A stretch of DNA of 32,000 nt from Richelia intracellularis HH01 (GCF_000350105.1 NZ_CAIY01000016.1:16609-48608), one strand, 5' to 3'; positions 21,026 to 32,000 are shown, numbered from the stretch's first letter. Numbers and translations are program-made. Notes: generated from the letters alone by a model not told the origin.

Positions 21026-22027
21026 CTAAAATTGCTTTAAGAATCTCAAATCACTAGCATAAACTCGGCGAATATCATCTAATTGGTGTAATACCATGGC
21101 AAAACGTTCTATCCCGAAACCAGCTGCAAATCCTGTATAAATATCCTGATCATAGCCTACAGCTTTTAACATATTTGGATGAACCATACCACAACCCATA
21201 ACCTCTAACCAACGGCCATTCCACTGCAAATCGACTTCGGCAGATGGTTCTGTAAAGGGAAAATAACTGGCGCGGAAACGAATGGGTAAATCTCCAAATA
21301 TCGCTTGTAAAAATACTTTGATCGTACCTTTAAGATCACCGAAGGTTAGCCCTTCATCTATAGCCAGAAGCTCTAACTGGTGGAAAACCACGGCATGAGT
21401 AGAGTCAATATTATCTCTTCTATAAACTCTTCCTGGAGCCACAACTCGAATTGGAGGTTCTTCAGTCTCCATATACCGAATTTGAACTGACGATGTATGT
21501 GTCCTCAGCAAGTTCCCATCAGGTAAGTAGAAAGTATCTTGCATGTCACGGGCAGGATGATCTAAAGGTGTATTAAGAGCTTCAAAATTATAGTAGTCCG
21601 TTTCTATTTCTGGACCAGAAGCTACTGTATAGCCCATACCTATAAAAATATCTAAAGCCCTATCTATCATCCCATTAATAGGATGAATTTTTCCTTGGGG
21701 ACGAAAAATACCTGGCATAGTGACATCCAGGGTTTCCGATTCTATTTGTGCTTTTATTTTGTTTGTTTCTAAGGTTTGACGTTGCCTATCTATAAAAGCC
21801 TGCAGAGTTTCTTTAGCTAAATTAGCAATGGACCCAATTTTTGGTCTTTCTTCTGCACTCAATTGCCCCATGCTACGCAACACACCAGCCATTTTACCCT
21901 TTTTGCCTAAATAGTTAATTCGCAGTTCTTCTAAGCTTTCTAGAGTATTGGCAGAGGAGATTGCTTTTTCTCCTTCTTGCTGCAGTGTTAAAATTTGAGC
22001 CTCCAAGCTGTTGGGTAGATTCATCAT
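21026..22027 (-). CDS. pheS: phenylalanine--tRNA ligase alpha subunit
   Basis: 333 aa. The class II aaRS motifs and PheS-typical stretches are present: [41 protein letters not shown] and GFGIERFAM. Confidence 0.93.
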   Translation of the reverse strand: MMNLPNSLEAQILTLQQEGEKAISSANTLESLEELRINYLGKKGKMAGVLRSMGQLSAEERPKIGSIANLAKETLQAFIDRQRQTLETNKIKAQIESETLDVTMPGIFRPQGKIHPINGMIDRALDIFIGMGYTVASGPEIETDYYNFEALNTPLDHPARDMQDTFYLPDGNLLRTHTSSVQIRYMETEEPPIRVVAPGRVYRRDNIDSTHAVVFHQLELLAIDEGLTFGDLKGTIKVFLQAIFGDLPIRFRASYFPFTEPSAEVDLQWNGRWLEVMGCGMVHPNMLKAVGYDQDIYTGFAAGFGIERFAMVLHQLDDIRRVYASDLRFLKQF

Positions 22028-22228
22028 TACAGTTACGAGTAATTTTACTTATCAATAAAAAGAAAGATGGAAAAAAGGTCTTTCCTAACAGTCTAGAATC
22101 TAAAACAATGTAAGTGAACTTTTTTTAATCACCATTACTATAGGAAGATAAATAGAATACCGCGAAGAATGTTTTAATAAGTTATGTGAAGGCTAAAATT
22201 TTTTATAATTTATTTTGATGGCTAACAG

Positions 22229-23026
22229 ATGAAATTACTTATTAGTAACGATGATGGAATCTACGCTTTGGGAATTCGCACTCTGGCTAATACTTTAGCA
22301 AGAGCAGGTCATAAGGTCACTGTAGTCTGTCCTGACCGCGAGCGTTCTGCTACTGGACATGGTTTAACTTTGAACCAACCGATTAGAGCAGAGATTACTG
22401 ATTCTATCTTTCACCCTAGTATCAAGGCTTGGGCTTGTTCTGGCACACCTTCTGATTGTGTTAAATTGGCCCTGTGGGTTTTGTTAGATTCACTTCCAGA
22501 TTTGGTGTTATCTGGAATCAATCAAGGTGCTAATTTAGGCACAGAAATTCTTTATTCTGGAACCGTTGCTGCTGCTATGGAGGGAATTATTGAAGGCATT
22601 CCTAGTCTTGCCTTCAGCCTTGCTAGTCATACTAGCAAAGAGTTTCAGACTGCTGCAAACTTCGCAAAAATTTTAGTTGATAGGATTAAATCTCAGCCAT
22701 TATCAGACTTAATGTTACTCAATATCAATATCCCAGCAGTACCATGGTCAGACATTGCTGGTGCTGCCATTACTCACCAGGGAGTGCGTCGGTATGTCGA
22801 TGTATTTGATAAACGAGTAGATCCTCGAGGCAAAACTTACTACTGGCTTACAGGAGAAGTCATAGAGGATACGGAAACTCCTCAGGATGTAAATATTCCC
22901 AAAAACATACCTATTGATGTAGACGTGGTACGTAATAATTACATTAGTATTACACCCCTACAATACAACCTTACATATGGTGTTGGAATCAATCAGTTAA
23001 ATGAATGGAATTTACAGTTTAAGTAA
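22229..23026 (+). CDS. surE: 5'/3'-nucleotidase SurE
   Basis: 265 aa. The N-terminal signature is [17 protein letters not shown], followed by [25 protein letters not shown] and [11 protein letters not shown]. It is divergent from pheS across a 201-bp spacer. Confidence 0.92.
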   Translation: MKLLISNDDGIYALGIRTLANTLARAGHKVTVVCPDRERSATGHGLTLNQPIRAEITDSIFHPSIKAWACSGTPSDCVKLALWVLLDSLPDLVLSGINQGANLGTEILYSGTVAAAMEGIIEGIPSLAFSLASHTSKEFQTAANFAKILVDRIKSQPLSDLMLLNINIPAVPWSDIAGAAITHQGVRRYVDVFDKRVDPRGKTYYWLTGEVIEDTETPQDVNIPKNIPIDVDVVRNNYISITPLQYNLTYGVGINQLNEWNLQFK

Positions 23027-24099
23027 TTTTTATTTTTCCATAGACAGGACTTACACGAAAAAGATAATATTTTTATGAGAATACTTAAACTACATAATTG
23101 TTCACTATTCTTTTATAAAATAATAAGAGTATACATATAATTCCAGAAAAGTAGCAGTGATATCATACTCCAATAGTTTACTTTAAACATCATATCTAAC
23201 AGATATTACTTTATTATATTAATAATTATCATTTTTCTATTATCCCTTGAACTCTGATTATTCATAGTGGTGATTTTCTAATTAATCTACCCCTCAGTGA
23301 ATTGAATTTTATATAACCTATAAGCTCATTCATAATTTACCCAGATATTATAGTAGTTAAAAAAATGTTAATTTTTGATAGTATTGCGAGTATACAGATT
23401 TTCAGGAATCCCTGTTAATATAAATGTTTGTAGAGGTTAATTTCTTTTTTACCTGTACTTAATTGTGGGCAAATACAGGAATTTTTCCTTTTCACTACTG
23501 CTTTTTTAAAGAGGAATGAAATTCATATTTCTAGCATGAACTCTCTGTATATTGTTACTATGGTGGAAGACCTGAAGATCATACAAAAATATTATTTTTG
23601 TGAACACTTAAGGATGCTAATACTTTAATTTATGATTCCATCTTGTACAAATAAAGAGTGTATTTCACAAACACTATCTGAAACTAACTGGGTCATTCGG
23701 TATACCACGGAAATTTTAAGGGTACTATTTTTTCAAAATATAAGGACTTTGGTAATGAAAAATCACTGTCTTGCATATGATTAATGATAATTTTTCGAAT
23801 ACTATTGAGAATTAATAAGCAGAAAAATCCTCTGATTCAATTAAATTTAGGGAGATACTACTAGCACTTGTTATCCTAATTTCTATGCACGGATCAAACT
23901 TCCTCTTGTTCATGTTAATTAACATTAGCTTTAATGGCAACTATTAGTGTAATTCTAGATTTTAGATTAGATTGGTGATGGGGACTCATGGATGGTTTAT
24001 TGCAAAAGTATCACCTTAACTATAGCTGTTTAGGTAAAATTCAAGATGTAGTATAGCTCAGGTTTCAAAAGCGATGATTGATTTATCCCCTTTCCTATA

Positions 24100-25194
24100 G
24101 TGGGGTTTAGGGTTCAGTATAAATCCCTAATACATATGGTTATTGTTTTATCCGCTTTATCCTATTACTTTGTTACCTCTGAAAAAAATTACCTTCCCAG
24201 AATCGACGTGCAAAATCTGTCTCAAAATGGGTTTTCTATATGGGTTGCTAATGCAACTAAATTGTCTCTTACTCCCACAGCTATTGCCCTCGGAAAATTT
24301 GATGGTATTCATCTCGGCCATCAAAAAGTTATTCAACCCATATTAGAAGGGCAAAACAGGGAAATTACAGATAAGATTTACTCGACTGTTGTGACATTTG
24401 ATCCTCATCCCCAACAATTTTTTAGTGGACAACCCCATAATTTATTAACACCCCTAGAAGAAAAAGTTGAACAGCTATGTTCACTAAAGGTGAAGCAATT
24501 AGTATTATTACCATTTGACAAAGAGTTATCTGCTCTCACCCCCACAGAATTTGTAGAAAAAATTCTAATTCAACAACTTAAAGCAGTAAGAATTAGTGTT
24601 GGGCAGGATTTTCGCTTTGGTTCTTGTCGTTTGGGTGCTGCTGAGGATTTACAAATAATTGCAGCTAAATATAATATCCCAGTACATATTGTGCCTTTGG
24701 CAGGTGATGAAGAGAACTCACCTATTAGTAGCACGACAATTCGTCAAGCTCTAAATCAAGGAGATATTATAAAAGCTAATCAATTACTAGGAAGAAAATA
24801 TACCCTAGTGGGCACAGTAGTAGAAGGAGAAAAGTTAGGTACAAATATTGGGTTTCCTACTGCTAACTTGGAATTACCGTCAGATAAGTTTTTACCGAAG
24901 AAAGGAGTTTATGCAGTACATGTTTCCATTACAAGTTCTACAGAAGAGAATGTATTAAAGAGTGATTACCGCGGAGTAATGAACATAGGCATTTGTCCTA
25001 CAGTCAATGGCACTCAAGTTTCGGTAGAGGTACACTTACTAGATTGGTCTGGAGATTTGTATGGAGAAAGATTACTAGTAAAAATAGAAAAATTTTTGCG
25101 TTCCGAACAAAAGTTTAACTCACTCAAAGCTTTAACTAACCAAATTCGCTGTGACTGTGACACGGCAAATAGTTTCTTCCAGTCCAGGTGTTAA
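24100..25194 (+). CDS. ribF: bifunctional riboflavin kinase / FMN adenylyltransferase (start codon uncertain)
   Basis: The FAD-synthetase motifs (ALGKFDGIHLGHQKVI, GQDFRFG, ISSTTIRQAL) and riboflavin-kinase motifs (GFPTANL, GVY, EVHLLDW..DLYG) are present. The track model starts at GTG 24100. In-frame ATG 24136 and GTG 24208 are alternatives, and the conserved region begins near residue 55 of the model. Confidence 0.88.
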   Translation: MGFRVQYKSLIHMVIVLSALSYYFVTSEKNYLPRIDVQNLSQNGFSIWVANATKLSLTPTAIALGKFDGIHLGHQKVIQPILEGQNREITDKIYSTVVTFDPHPQQFFSGQPHNLLTPLEEKVEQLCSLKVKQLVLLPFDKELSALTPTEFVEKILIQQLKAVRISVGQDFRFGSCRLGAAEDLQIIAAKYNIPVHIVPLAGDEENSPISSTTIRQALNQGDIIKANQLLGRKYTLVGTVVEGEKLGTNIGFPTANLELPSDKFLPKKGVYAVHVSITSSTEENVLKSDYRGVMNIGICPTVNGTQVSVEVHLLDWSGDLYGERLLVKIEKFLRSEQKFNSLKALTNQIRCDCDTANSFFQSRC

Positions 25195-25283
25195 TCTAGC
25201 CCCAAAATCCTAAGCCTAATAATTATTTGGTTAATAATAATGAAGTGTAGAATTACATCATTTTTCCATAATAAGGACATCTA

Positions 25284-25319
25284 TTTTCTCATTTACCATG
25301 ATTGTTATATGAGAAAAAT
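25284..25319 (+). terminator. weak hairpin (9-bp stem TTTTCTCAT / ATGAGAAAA, 16-nt loop), 90 nt after the ribF stop
   Basis: The inverted repeat was read directly. It is AT-rich and no clear U-tract follows. Confidence 0.25.
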
Positions 25320-27258
25320 CAACTGTCTAAAAATATAGACTAGCTATTTAAAAAATGAGTAGAGGGGTTTCTCATGCAAATAGCTAAAAATATTCCTATT
25401 TTAGGGATAAGCATCCAATCACGTAGATTTATAAGAATGCAAATAATTATAAGTTTTTTTATGGAGATAACATCTAAACTTAAAACTTATTGTAATTAGT
25501 TATACTAACTATATAATTACAAACTTCAATAAGTGTAACCTTAAAAGAGTTAATAGTTAATATAGTTAAATTTTTCATAGATAATTGATAGTTATACTGG
25601 TTTATTTTTCTATAAGTATTTCATTAGCGAAATATACAGAAATTAACTAGGATTAATGATAACCAAAAAATGAGTGGGAAGTTCGTCTCTGCTAGGTATG
25701 AATAAAGCATTCTATATAGGATGCTAGAAGCAGGAAGTATGTGAGTATGATATTAACTAAATAAAAGAATAATCTATTGGGGAATACCAACCAATAGTAA
25801 AAATAAATAGGTTCATCTGGGAATAAAAAACCATACCTATCTGCATCTAGTACATATAGCTGTTAGTTTCCAGTATACTTTACTGTTAGAGAATAAGAGA
25901 TAGTAAAGAATTTCCGGTAAGCTTATAAAAATAACAAAGAACTAAGAAAGTACTGAATAAATGTTGGAGAATGTAGATGATAAACCATATGGAAATAGGA
26001 AATCTTAATACCCTAGTATCTCATATATTGAGCATTCACTGGGAAAAATTAATTTATTATGTTAATTTACCCATAATACTTCTAAAGTATTAGTACTTCA
26101 TGAAGCTTTAAATTTCTATTGAAGACTATCAAAACCCGGTAAGATAGAAATTAAATTATTTTACTGCATAACAAAAGCACATTTACAAACAAATGAAAAT
26201 ATTATATTAGAATGAGAGACTAATGAGTTTAAGAAAAACTAAACCATAGAGAATTTATAGAAAAATTATTAAATATATTAGGACAGGATAATAGTAAGTA
26301 TACTTAATAAAATGTTAATCTCAATATATTTAGGCTTAAAGAAACCCCAAAAGCAGTATAATATCTAAATAATAATAAAGGTAGTAAGCTGAACAAAAAA
26401 AGCAGAAATTAATATAATTATATTTGTTTTATAATAACAACTTAACAAGAGTAGAATCTGAGAATAATTCAGGAATAATCTTTCTCAAAAATTAGTCTAG
26501 GATTTTAATTACCTTTGAGTATCTAATACTTAACTGTCAATCTGCTATTTAAATAAAGCATAAAACTAGCTTCTCAAATAGATAAAACTTTTAAGTTTCA
26601 GCTTGATAATTCTGAGTTGTTTTTCGATAAATATGTTGTAAAAATATAAGTGTAGAAAATAGAGAGCTCTATGTCGCATAATTATCTTAATAACTTCATA
26701 GGAAAAAGATTAGATATGCATTTTATTAGAAAAGATATACTTGTTTTTTAATAAAAATATCTTTAATAAGATTGATTTCTCAAAAATAAAAATAAGGCTA
26801 GGATCTATAATTATTATTAGTAATTAATTAGCAATGAGTTATTTGGTAATAGTCTATTATTCATTAATTTAGATATGAATATAGCTATGAATGTAAAAGA
26901 CATTAAGATTAAATACAGAATTCTGTTGCTATTAACTAATTTGATAGTAATATTACTCTGCTAAACTTTTCAGAATTATCACAGTCTTTAAATGACTTAA
27001 TTATTTTTTTAAACCTTACTTAAATTAAATAAGCTATATAATTTAGGGTGTAAGATATGAGTGAGACTGGTATTCTAGATTTAGTATTAATGAGGACTAT
27101 TCTAGTTTGAAGTCAAGATATGATTAAAAATATGAATGAGATATGATAAACCACTGTTGATATCCTACAGAATATGTAAATAAAGTTCCCATAGAACTAT
27201 TTTAACTTTGCTATTTTATCGACTTATAATGCATATTTACCATATAATTAGGGGGTAA

Positions 27259-27404
27259 TTGTAAGTTTGCACTTAGTTATAATTAAAGCTCATAAATGTT
27301 TCATATTATACCCTGATAACGTCAGCATTCAAATATACAGGTGTTGTGCATTTTGTGCAAACTTATATATTAAATATGTCAAATGTTTTTTGTAAGTTTG
27401 CACT
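27259..27404 (+). promoter_or_regulatory. triple-copy motif (direct, inverted, direct) at the 5' end of the GTPase gene; candidate RNA switch or operator array
   Basis: The exact 15-mer TTGTAAGTTTGCACT occurs at 27259-27273 and again at 27390-27404. Its reverse-complement core GTGCAAACTTA is at 27355-27365. The middle copy can pair with either flanking copy. Confidence 0.4.
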
Positions 27405-28803
27405 ATTTATATTTTATAACTATTCCAATTCAAAACCGAAAACTGCCACCGTGTCCAGTAATCAACAAGAAAGCCATCTAAATCGTGCCCGGGCCAGTAT
27501 TAAATTTATCCTATCTTGGCACAGTAATTTACGTAAACCAGGCAAAACATTATCAGATTTAGGATTAATCGGTTTAGTAAAACCATATCTAGATACTTTA
27601 ATTTTTTCCCTCAATAAACTTAACTCCAAAGTAATTCGGATTAGTGCTTTTGGCTTGGTAAGCCGGGGTAAATCTGCAGTGTTGAATGCCTTATTGGGAG
27701 AAAAAATTTTACAAACTGGACCCCTTCATGGTGTTACCCAATATCCTCGTTCTGTATATTGGCATCCGGGGGGAAAAGTACAGTTAGAATTAGTTGATAC
27801 TCCTGGCTTAGATGAAATTGGGGGGGAATCCAGAGCACAGATGGCTCGGGAAGTTTCCTGTCAAGCTGATTTAATTTTATTTGTGGTTTCTGGTGATATT
27901 ACTCACACTGAGTATCAAGCTTTACAGGAATTAAGGCAATTACAAAAACCATTAATTCTAGTTTTCAATAAAATTGATTTATATCCAGACATGGATCGGC
28001 GGAAGATATACCATAAGTTGAAACAGTTAGGTAAGGCTAATCAACAAAGTCAGCTCCTACGACCTGATGAAGTTGTCATGGTTGCGGCTGAACCTGCACC
28101 CATAGAAGTCAGGGTAGAATTTACTGATGGTACCGTGGATTATAAATGGGAGACTCCACCATCCCAGGTAGAAAGCTTAAAGCAGGTAATTTTAAAGATT
28201 CTTAATCGTGAGGGGCAATCACTACTAGCTCTAAATGCTTTAATACAAGCACGTGACGCATCATCTGCAATTGCAGCAAAAACCATAGAAATTCATGCTG
28301 GTCAAGCAGAAGATTTAATTTGGCAATTTGCTAAATATAAAGCTCTTACAGTTGCATTGAACCCTATTGCTGTATTAGACGTTCTAGGTGGTATGATGGC
28401 GGACTTGGTACTAGTTCGCTCCTTATCACGACTATATGGCCTACCCATGACTGGCTATGAGGCAGGAAAATTATTGAGAACGATTTTAGTGGGTTCTGGA
28501 GGAATACTACTTAGTGAAATTGGCAGCAATTTGTTGCTTGGTTTAAATAAAAGTACAATTGCAATTACATATGGGGGTAATCATGCAAATATTACAACTT
28601 ATATCAGTGCAGCAGTAACCCAAGCTGGGATTGCTGGATATAGCTCTTATGCAGTAGGGAAAGCAACGCAAGCATATCTGGAAAGAGGATGTAATTGGGG
28701 GAAACTAGGTGCAAGTAGTATTATAACCGAAATATTAGCAGAGGTAGAACATAATACGATTCTACATCGCTTACATCAGGAGTTATCTTTAAAAAATCGA
28801 TAG
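27346..28803 (+). CDS. GTP-binding protein with a C-terminal membrane-associated (DUF697-like) domain (start codon uncertain)
   Basis: GTPase motifs are G1 GLVSRGKSAVLNAL, G3 DTPGLDE and G4 FNKIDL. The C-terminal ~170 aa contain hydrophobic, Gly-rich helices (LTVALNPIAVLDVLGGMMADLVLV; ILVGSGGILLSEIGSNLLLGL). The first ~35 codons from GTG 27346 have spacer-like composition. In-frame alternatives are ATG 27376 and GTG 27451. Confidence 0.8.
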   Translation: MHFVQTYILNMSNVFCKFALFIFYNYSNSKPKTATVSSNQQESHLNRARASIKFILSWHSNLRKPGKTLSDLGLIGLVKPYLDTLIFSLNKLNSKVIRISAFGLVSRGKSAVLNALLGEKILQTGPLHGVTQYPRSVYWHPGGKVQLELVDTPGLDEIGGESRAQMAREVSCQADLILFVVSGDITHTEYQALQELRQLQKPLILVFNKIDLYPDMDRRKIYHKLKQLGKANQQSQLLRPDEVVMVAAEPAPIEVRVEFTDGTVDYKWETPPSQVESLKQVILKILNREGQSLLALNALIQARDASSAIAAKTIEIHAGQAEDLIWQFAKYKALTVALNPIAVLDVLGGMMADLVLVRSLSRLYGLPMTGYEAGKLLRTILVGSGGILLSEIGSNLLLGLNKSTIAITYGGNHANITTYISAAVTQAGIAGYSSYAVGKATQAYLERGCNWGKLGASSIITEILAEVEHNTILHRLHQELSLKNR

Positions 28804-30814
28804 TTTAAGATTGATACCAAAATCAGACGTCATCATTTGAGAATATATTATTATCTTTATCTAGAATTGGGAAAATAATCCATATATAAACAACAAAGTA
28901 TTTCCAAAATTTAGTTTCTATTAATTTAGATATGAGAATCACTCACCCTCATAGACCTAGAAAACAGTAGATTATACTACCTTACTAGGAGGTAAATATC
29001 CATACAATATAAATTGTTGATGCTAAATAATTAGTAGATGCGCTGTATTGGTTAAGAATTTTACATCAGAATATTTTCTATTTTGGTTACAGTTACAACA
29101 TGATTACAAAATTCTTGAAATTGTTCTGATTATTACTTCATATGTTCTTTTAGTGTACTTGAGTGCAACCCATAAATATTCAATTGAATTTAAGGTGAGT
29201 AAGTCATGCGGGAGAATAACAAATCTCATATCTCTCCTTTTCTATAAGTTCATTTATTACTTGGAAATAGTTAAGAGCTATATTTTATAATAACAAGAAA
29301 AATATCCAGGGGAAGATCTAGTAAAAGAGAATACCTATTATCTCAAATAAAAAATCATGTTTTCAACCCAAATTGAAAGTAATTGTGGTAAGTACTTTTG
29401 CTGGTTTATTTATAGAAATACCATTAACTTATTCAGTAGACAGTTTAGAAAATTCCTATACATATTTTATCTTATTTATATAAGATAATTGACTTATTTG
29501 GTTTGTTATTACAATTATTAAAATTTGATTTCCTTTTATACATTATGATTATGTATTTTAAAACTAATACTCCAAGCTTCTTGCAAAAATAGCTTGTATT
29601 GTAAGATATGACATTAATCCGCCTCTACCTTTTTTAGAAACTTGCGAAATCATTCTCAAGCATTAACTTTGTGAAAATATATTCATAAAAGTTAACTATT
29701 GATTTTTATGATTTTTATTCCTTCTTTTTTCTATGAGCAAAAAGTTTAATATATTCAGTCTTAGATAAGATATACAACACATACCTATTTTGCTTATCAA
29801 TTTGCTATTTTAATTGGCTTAACATGCAATTTATGCTTGTAGGATCACTACATTTATTAATTATCTCTTGCTGTCAATGATGATTGAGATAGTCATAAAT
29901 TACTTGGTAAAAGATAAAGAAAATCCAGATATATGCCTATATATAAATTAATACAATAATGAAATATCTGAAAATATTACAGTTACAAATACCCAGCTTA
30001 CAAGCATCTATATTAGAAACCATAAGATAATAATATAAATAATGTTTACATTTATTAATGAAGATTTCACTAGAGATTAAAGTATTGAATTAAAGAAAAT
30101 ATTCATATCTTGGTGAACTAAATATTTTTTTAGAAGGATTATCTCTATGAAAATTATTTTTGTATAAATTATCAATTATTCATAGGTTAATGCAATATAC
30201 ATAACTAAAATAAAATAAGTCAATTTACATTTATTTAACCTATGTTAAGCAAATACAATAATAGCAATAGATATAAATAAATAAAAATACTAATTACAAC
30301 TGACTAAACTCTGGCAAGTATCAATACTCAGTAAGTATAAATATTAAGTTGTGAAATTCATTCACTAAGTATTAAAGCATATTAAAAGTAAGGTTATTTG
30401 TAATAACTATGTTGCTTTTTATTCATGAAATTGTAATATATATAGTATATAAATACCGGTTAATTTATTTTGAATCTAAATTATTAGTAAAACAAAAATA
30501 CTCTTATTCTCAGTATATTTTTATATCCTATCAACAATAAAATAGGCTGTTTAGTTTAACTCTCTTATAAACTAGGGAATTGAGACTTACATGTATACTT
30601 GGCTGTTTTTGACATTAATCTCTTAATACTGATATCAGTGATATATACATCTAACTTACTAATCTAATGACTTGGTATAAATACAAATATTATTTACAAG
30701 ATAATTTTTTGGATCAGAAGTAAATAATTCACTGATAAATTTTTTAAAACTCAGAAGTGATATGAACTGGTTTAATCTGTTAATTGAATTAACTTGATCC
30801 ATAGTGATAAATAA

Positions 30815-31504
30815 ATGCTAAGAATAATTACAGACTTCGATGGTCCTATTATTGATGTATCTGAGCGCTACTATCGTGTTTATCTAATTTGTTTGGATAG
30901 AATTCAGAATCCTGGACAAAAAGTAATAAAACTCAACAAAGCTGAGTTTTGGCAGCTAAAGCGATCACGTGTTTCCGAAATACAGATTGGAGTAATTTCC
31001 GGATTAGATGCATTACAAGCTCAAAACTTCTCTCACATGAGAGGAAAATTGGTACATACACAACCCTACTTCCATTATGACTGCTTAGCTAGTGGGGCAT
31101 TGGATACTCTATTGAAAATTAAACAAGTCGGAATAGATTTAGTTGTAATGACCATGCGTAGAGTTAGAGAGCTAAATTATGCATTTGATCAATATAATTT
31201 GGGTCAGTTTTTCCGGAAAGATTGCTGTTATTGCCTAAGTAATGATCATGTTAAAGTGGGTGACATAAAAGATAAGACGCTGCTTATGTCACAGGCCTTA
31301 AAAGAGTTACCACCAGCTTGCAATACTTGGATGATTGGAGATACAGAAGCGGATATTGTAGCGGCACAAACATTTGGAATAAAAGTAATAGCAGTAGAAT
31401 CTGGTATCCGCGACAATAACCAACTACAAAAAGAAGCACCAGACTCAATTGTTAAGGATTTTAATTCCGCACTCAAATTAATTTTAGAACAGTCGCCATT
31501 ATAA
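30815..31504 (+). CDS. HAD-superfamily hydrolase (phosphoglycolate-phosphatase-like subfamily)
   Basis: 229 aa. HAD motif I is ITDFDGPIID and motif III/IV is IGDTEADIVAAQTFGIKVIAVESG. The substrate cannot be determined. Confidence 0.8.
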   Translation: MLRIITDFDGPIIDVSERYYRVYLICLDRIQNPGQKVIKLNKAEFWQLKRSRVSEIQIGVISGLDALQAQNFSHMRGKLVHTQPYFHYDCLASGALDTLLKIKQVGIDLVVMTMRRVRELNYAFDQYNLGQFFRKDCCYCLSNDHVKVGDIKDKTLLMSQALKELPPACNTWMIGDTEADIVAAQTFGIKVIAVESGIRDNNQLQKEAPDSIVKDFNSALKLILEQSPL

Positions 31505-31582
31505 TAAGAGAGATTGATAGAAAACGATGTGTAAATTAAATACTACTCCTTTCATCAAATTATTTCAGATATAAATTTTAGG

Positions 31583-31960
31583 TCAACGTAAAAAACTACT
31601 AACCAACCACAACAGGATAAAACTAACTATTGTGGAAAACTGATTCACTGCTAAATTTAGAGAACTCAAGTGTGAAGATAATAGACTTGCAGTCAACTCT
31701 CCGCTAACTAAACCAAAAACCAGGGTAAATAAGGCTATTAAAACTGATCTACCTAGCTTACCTTCTTTACGATTAATAAAGTAAATGCTAACTCCTATAC
31801 CAGATATCAATACTAGCTGAAGTACAACATCACTGCCAGTAGGATAAAACAAACTTATTGCACTCAAACCCGCAAACCATAATCCCGGCAAAATTACATC
31901 CGCAGATGAAGGCTGAGCTAATATTTTCTGGAACCATCTATGAGATTGTTCTCGGGGCAA
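31583..31960 (-). CDS. hypothetical multi-pass membrane protein (possibly 5'-truncated by the window edge)
   Basis: The 125-aa model starts at TTG 31960 and has three or four hydrophobic helices. The same frame stays open with no stop codon up to position 32000, and the model has no internal Met. The true start may therefore lie beyond the window. Confidence 0.45.
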   Translation of the reverse strand: MPREQSHRWFQKILAQPSSADVILPGLWFAGLSAISLFYPTGSDVVLQLVLISGIGVSIYFINRKEGKLGRSVLIALFTLVFGLVSGELTASLLSSHLSSLNLAVNQFSTIVSFILLWLVSSFLR

Positions 31961-32000
31961 TGATGTTTCCTTTGGTAATACTTGAACTAATCTTTCCGGA

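Noticed and set aside
24047-24075. tRNA-like fragment (TAGCTCAGGT...AAAGCG) just upstream of ribF
   Set aside because: It resembles a D-arm, but the D-stem does not close (GCTC versus AAGC). No anticodon arm, T-arm (GTTCGAATC) or acceptor pairing follows. At best it is an unrecognisable fossil, and more likely coincidence.
24143-24346. 67-aa + strand ORF overlapping the ribF 5' region in another frame
   Set aside because: It overlaps the conserved RibF N-terminal motif region out of frame. It is probably an artefact, and is relevant only to the ribF start-codon question.
26863-28935. Shared 16-mer ATTAATTTAGATATGA at 26863-26878 and 28920-28935, on either side of the GTPase gene
   Set aside because: At this base composition, about one chance 16-mer match is expected among all position pairs in 32 kb by my rough estimate. 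The flanks do not extend the similarity. I do not treat it as evidence of flanking repeats or a mobile element.
29048-29290. 80-aa ORF (TTG start) in the spacer downstream of the GTPase
   Set aside because: It is AT-driven and rich in F/Y/I/L/K, uses a non-ATG start, and has no motif. It is a chance ORF.
31246-31476. 76-aa ORF antisense to the HAD hydrolase
   Set aside because: It is a shadow ORF within a CDS that carries clear HAD motifs.

Overview
The gene content is cyanobacterial, and the protein sequences look like orthologues from heterocystous Nostocales. The window holds 18 credible CDSs and 2 tRNA genes. Most are single-copy housekeeping genes: yggT/ycf19, upp, crtH, an SDR oxidoreductase, a ylmH-like S4 protein, glgA, hemC, a C5 DNA methyltransferase, pheS, surE, ribF, a GTPase with a membrane tail, and a HAD hydrolase. 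All of them look intact.

The main feature is architectural. Only about 15 of 32 kb (roughly 47%, summed from the ORF track) is coding. Eight gene-sized spacers of 1.1-3.3 kb are very AT-rich and full of stop codons, and two of them contain nothing but a G+C-normal tRNA gene. I saw no transposase, IS element, CRISPR array, rRNA, phage module or recognisable multi-gene accessory system. I therefore cannot point to a convincing new multi-gene system here.

My reading (inference) is a genome in an advanced state of reductive erosion, of the kind described for symbiotic Nostocales such as Richelia or 'Nostoc azollae'.

Within that background, these small structures stand out:
- an 11-15 nt motif present three times (direct, inverted, direct) at the 5' end of the GTPase gene, which allows two mutually exclusive hairpins
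- three unusually long, perfect or near-perfect palindromes (43-49 bp) that lack the U-tracts of canonical terminators
- a solitary C5 methyltransferase between two of the longer spacers (the 3.3-kb one is the largest), with a 20-bp palindrome upstream
- a ~27-31 bp direct repeat bracketing tRNA-Gln

All functional calls come from motif and family recognition by eye. No database search was run.
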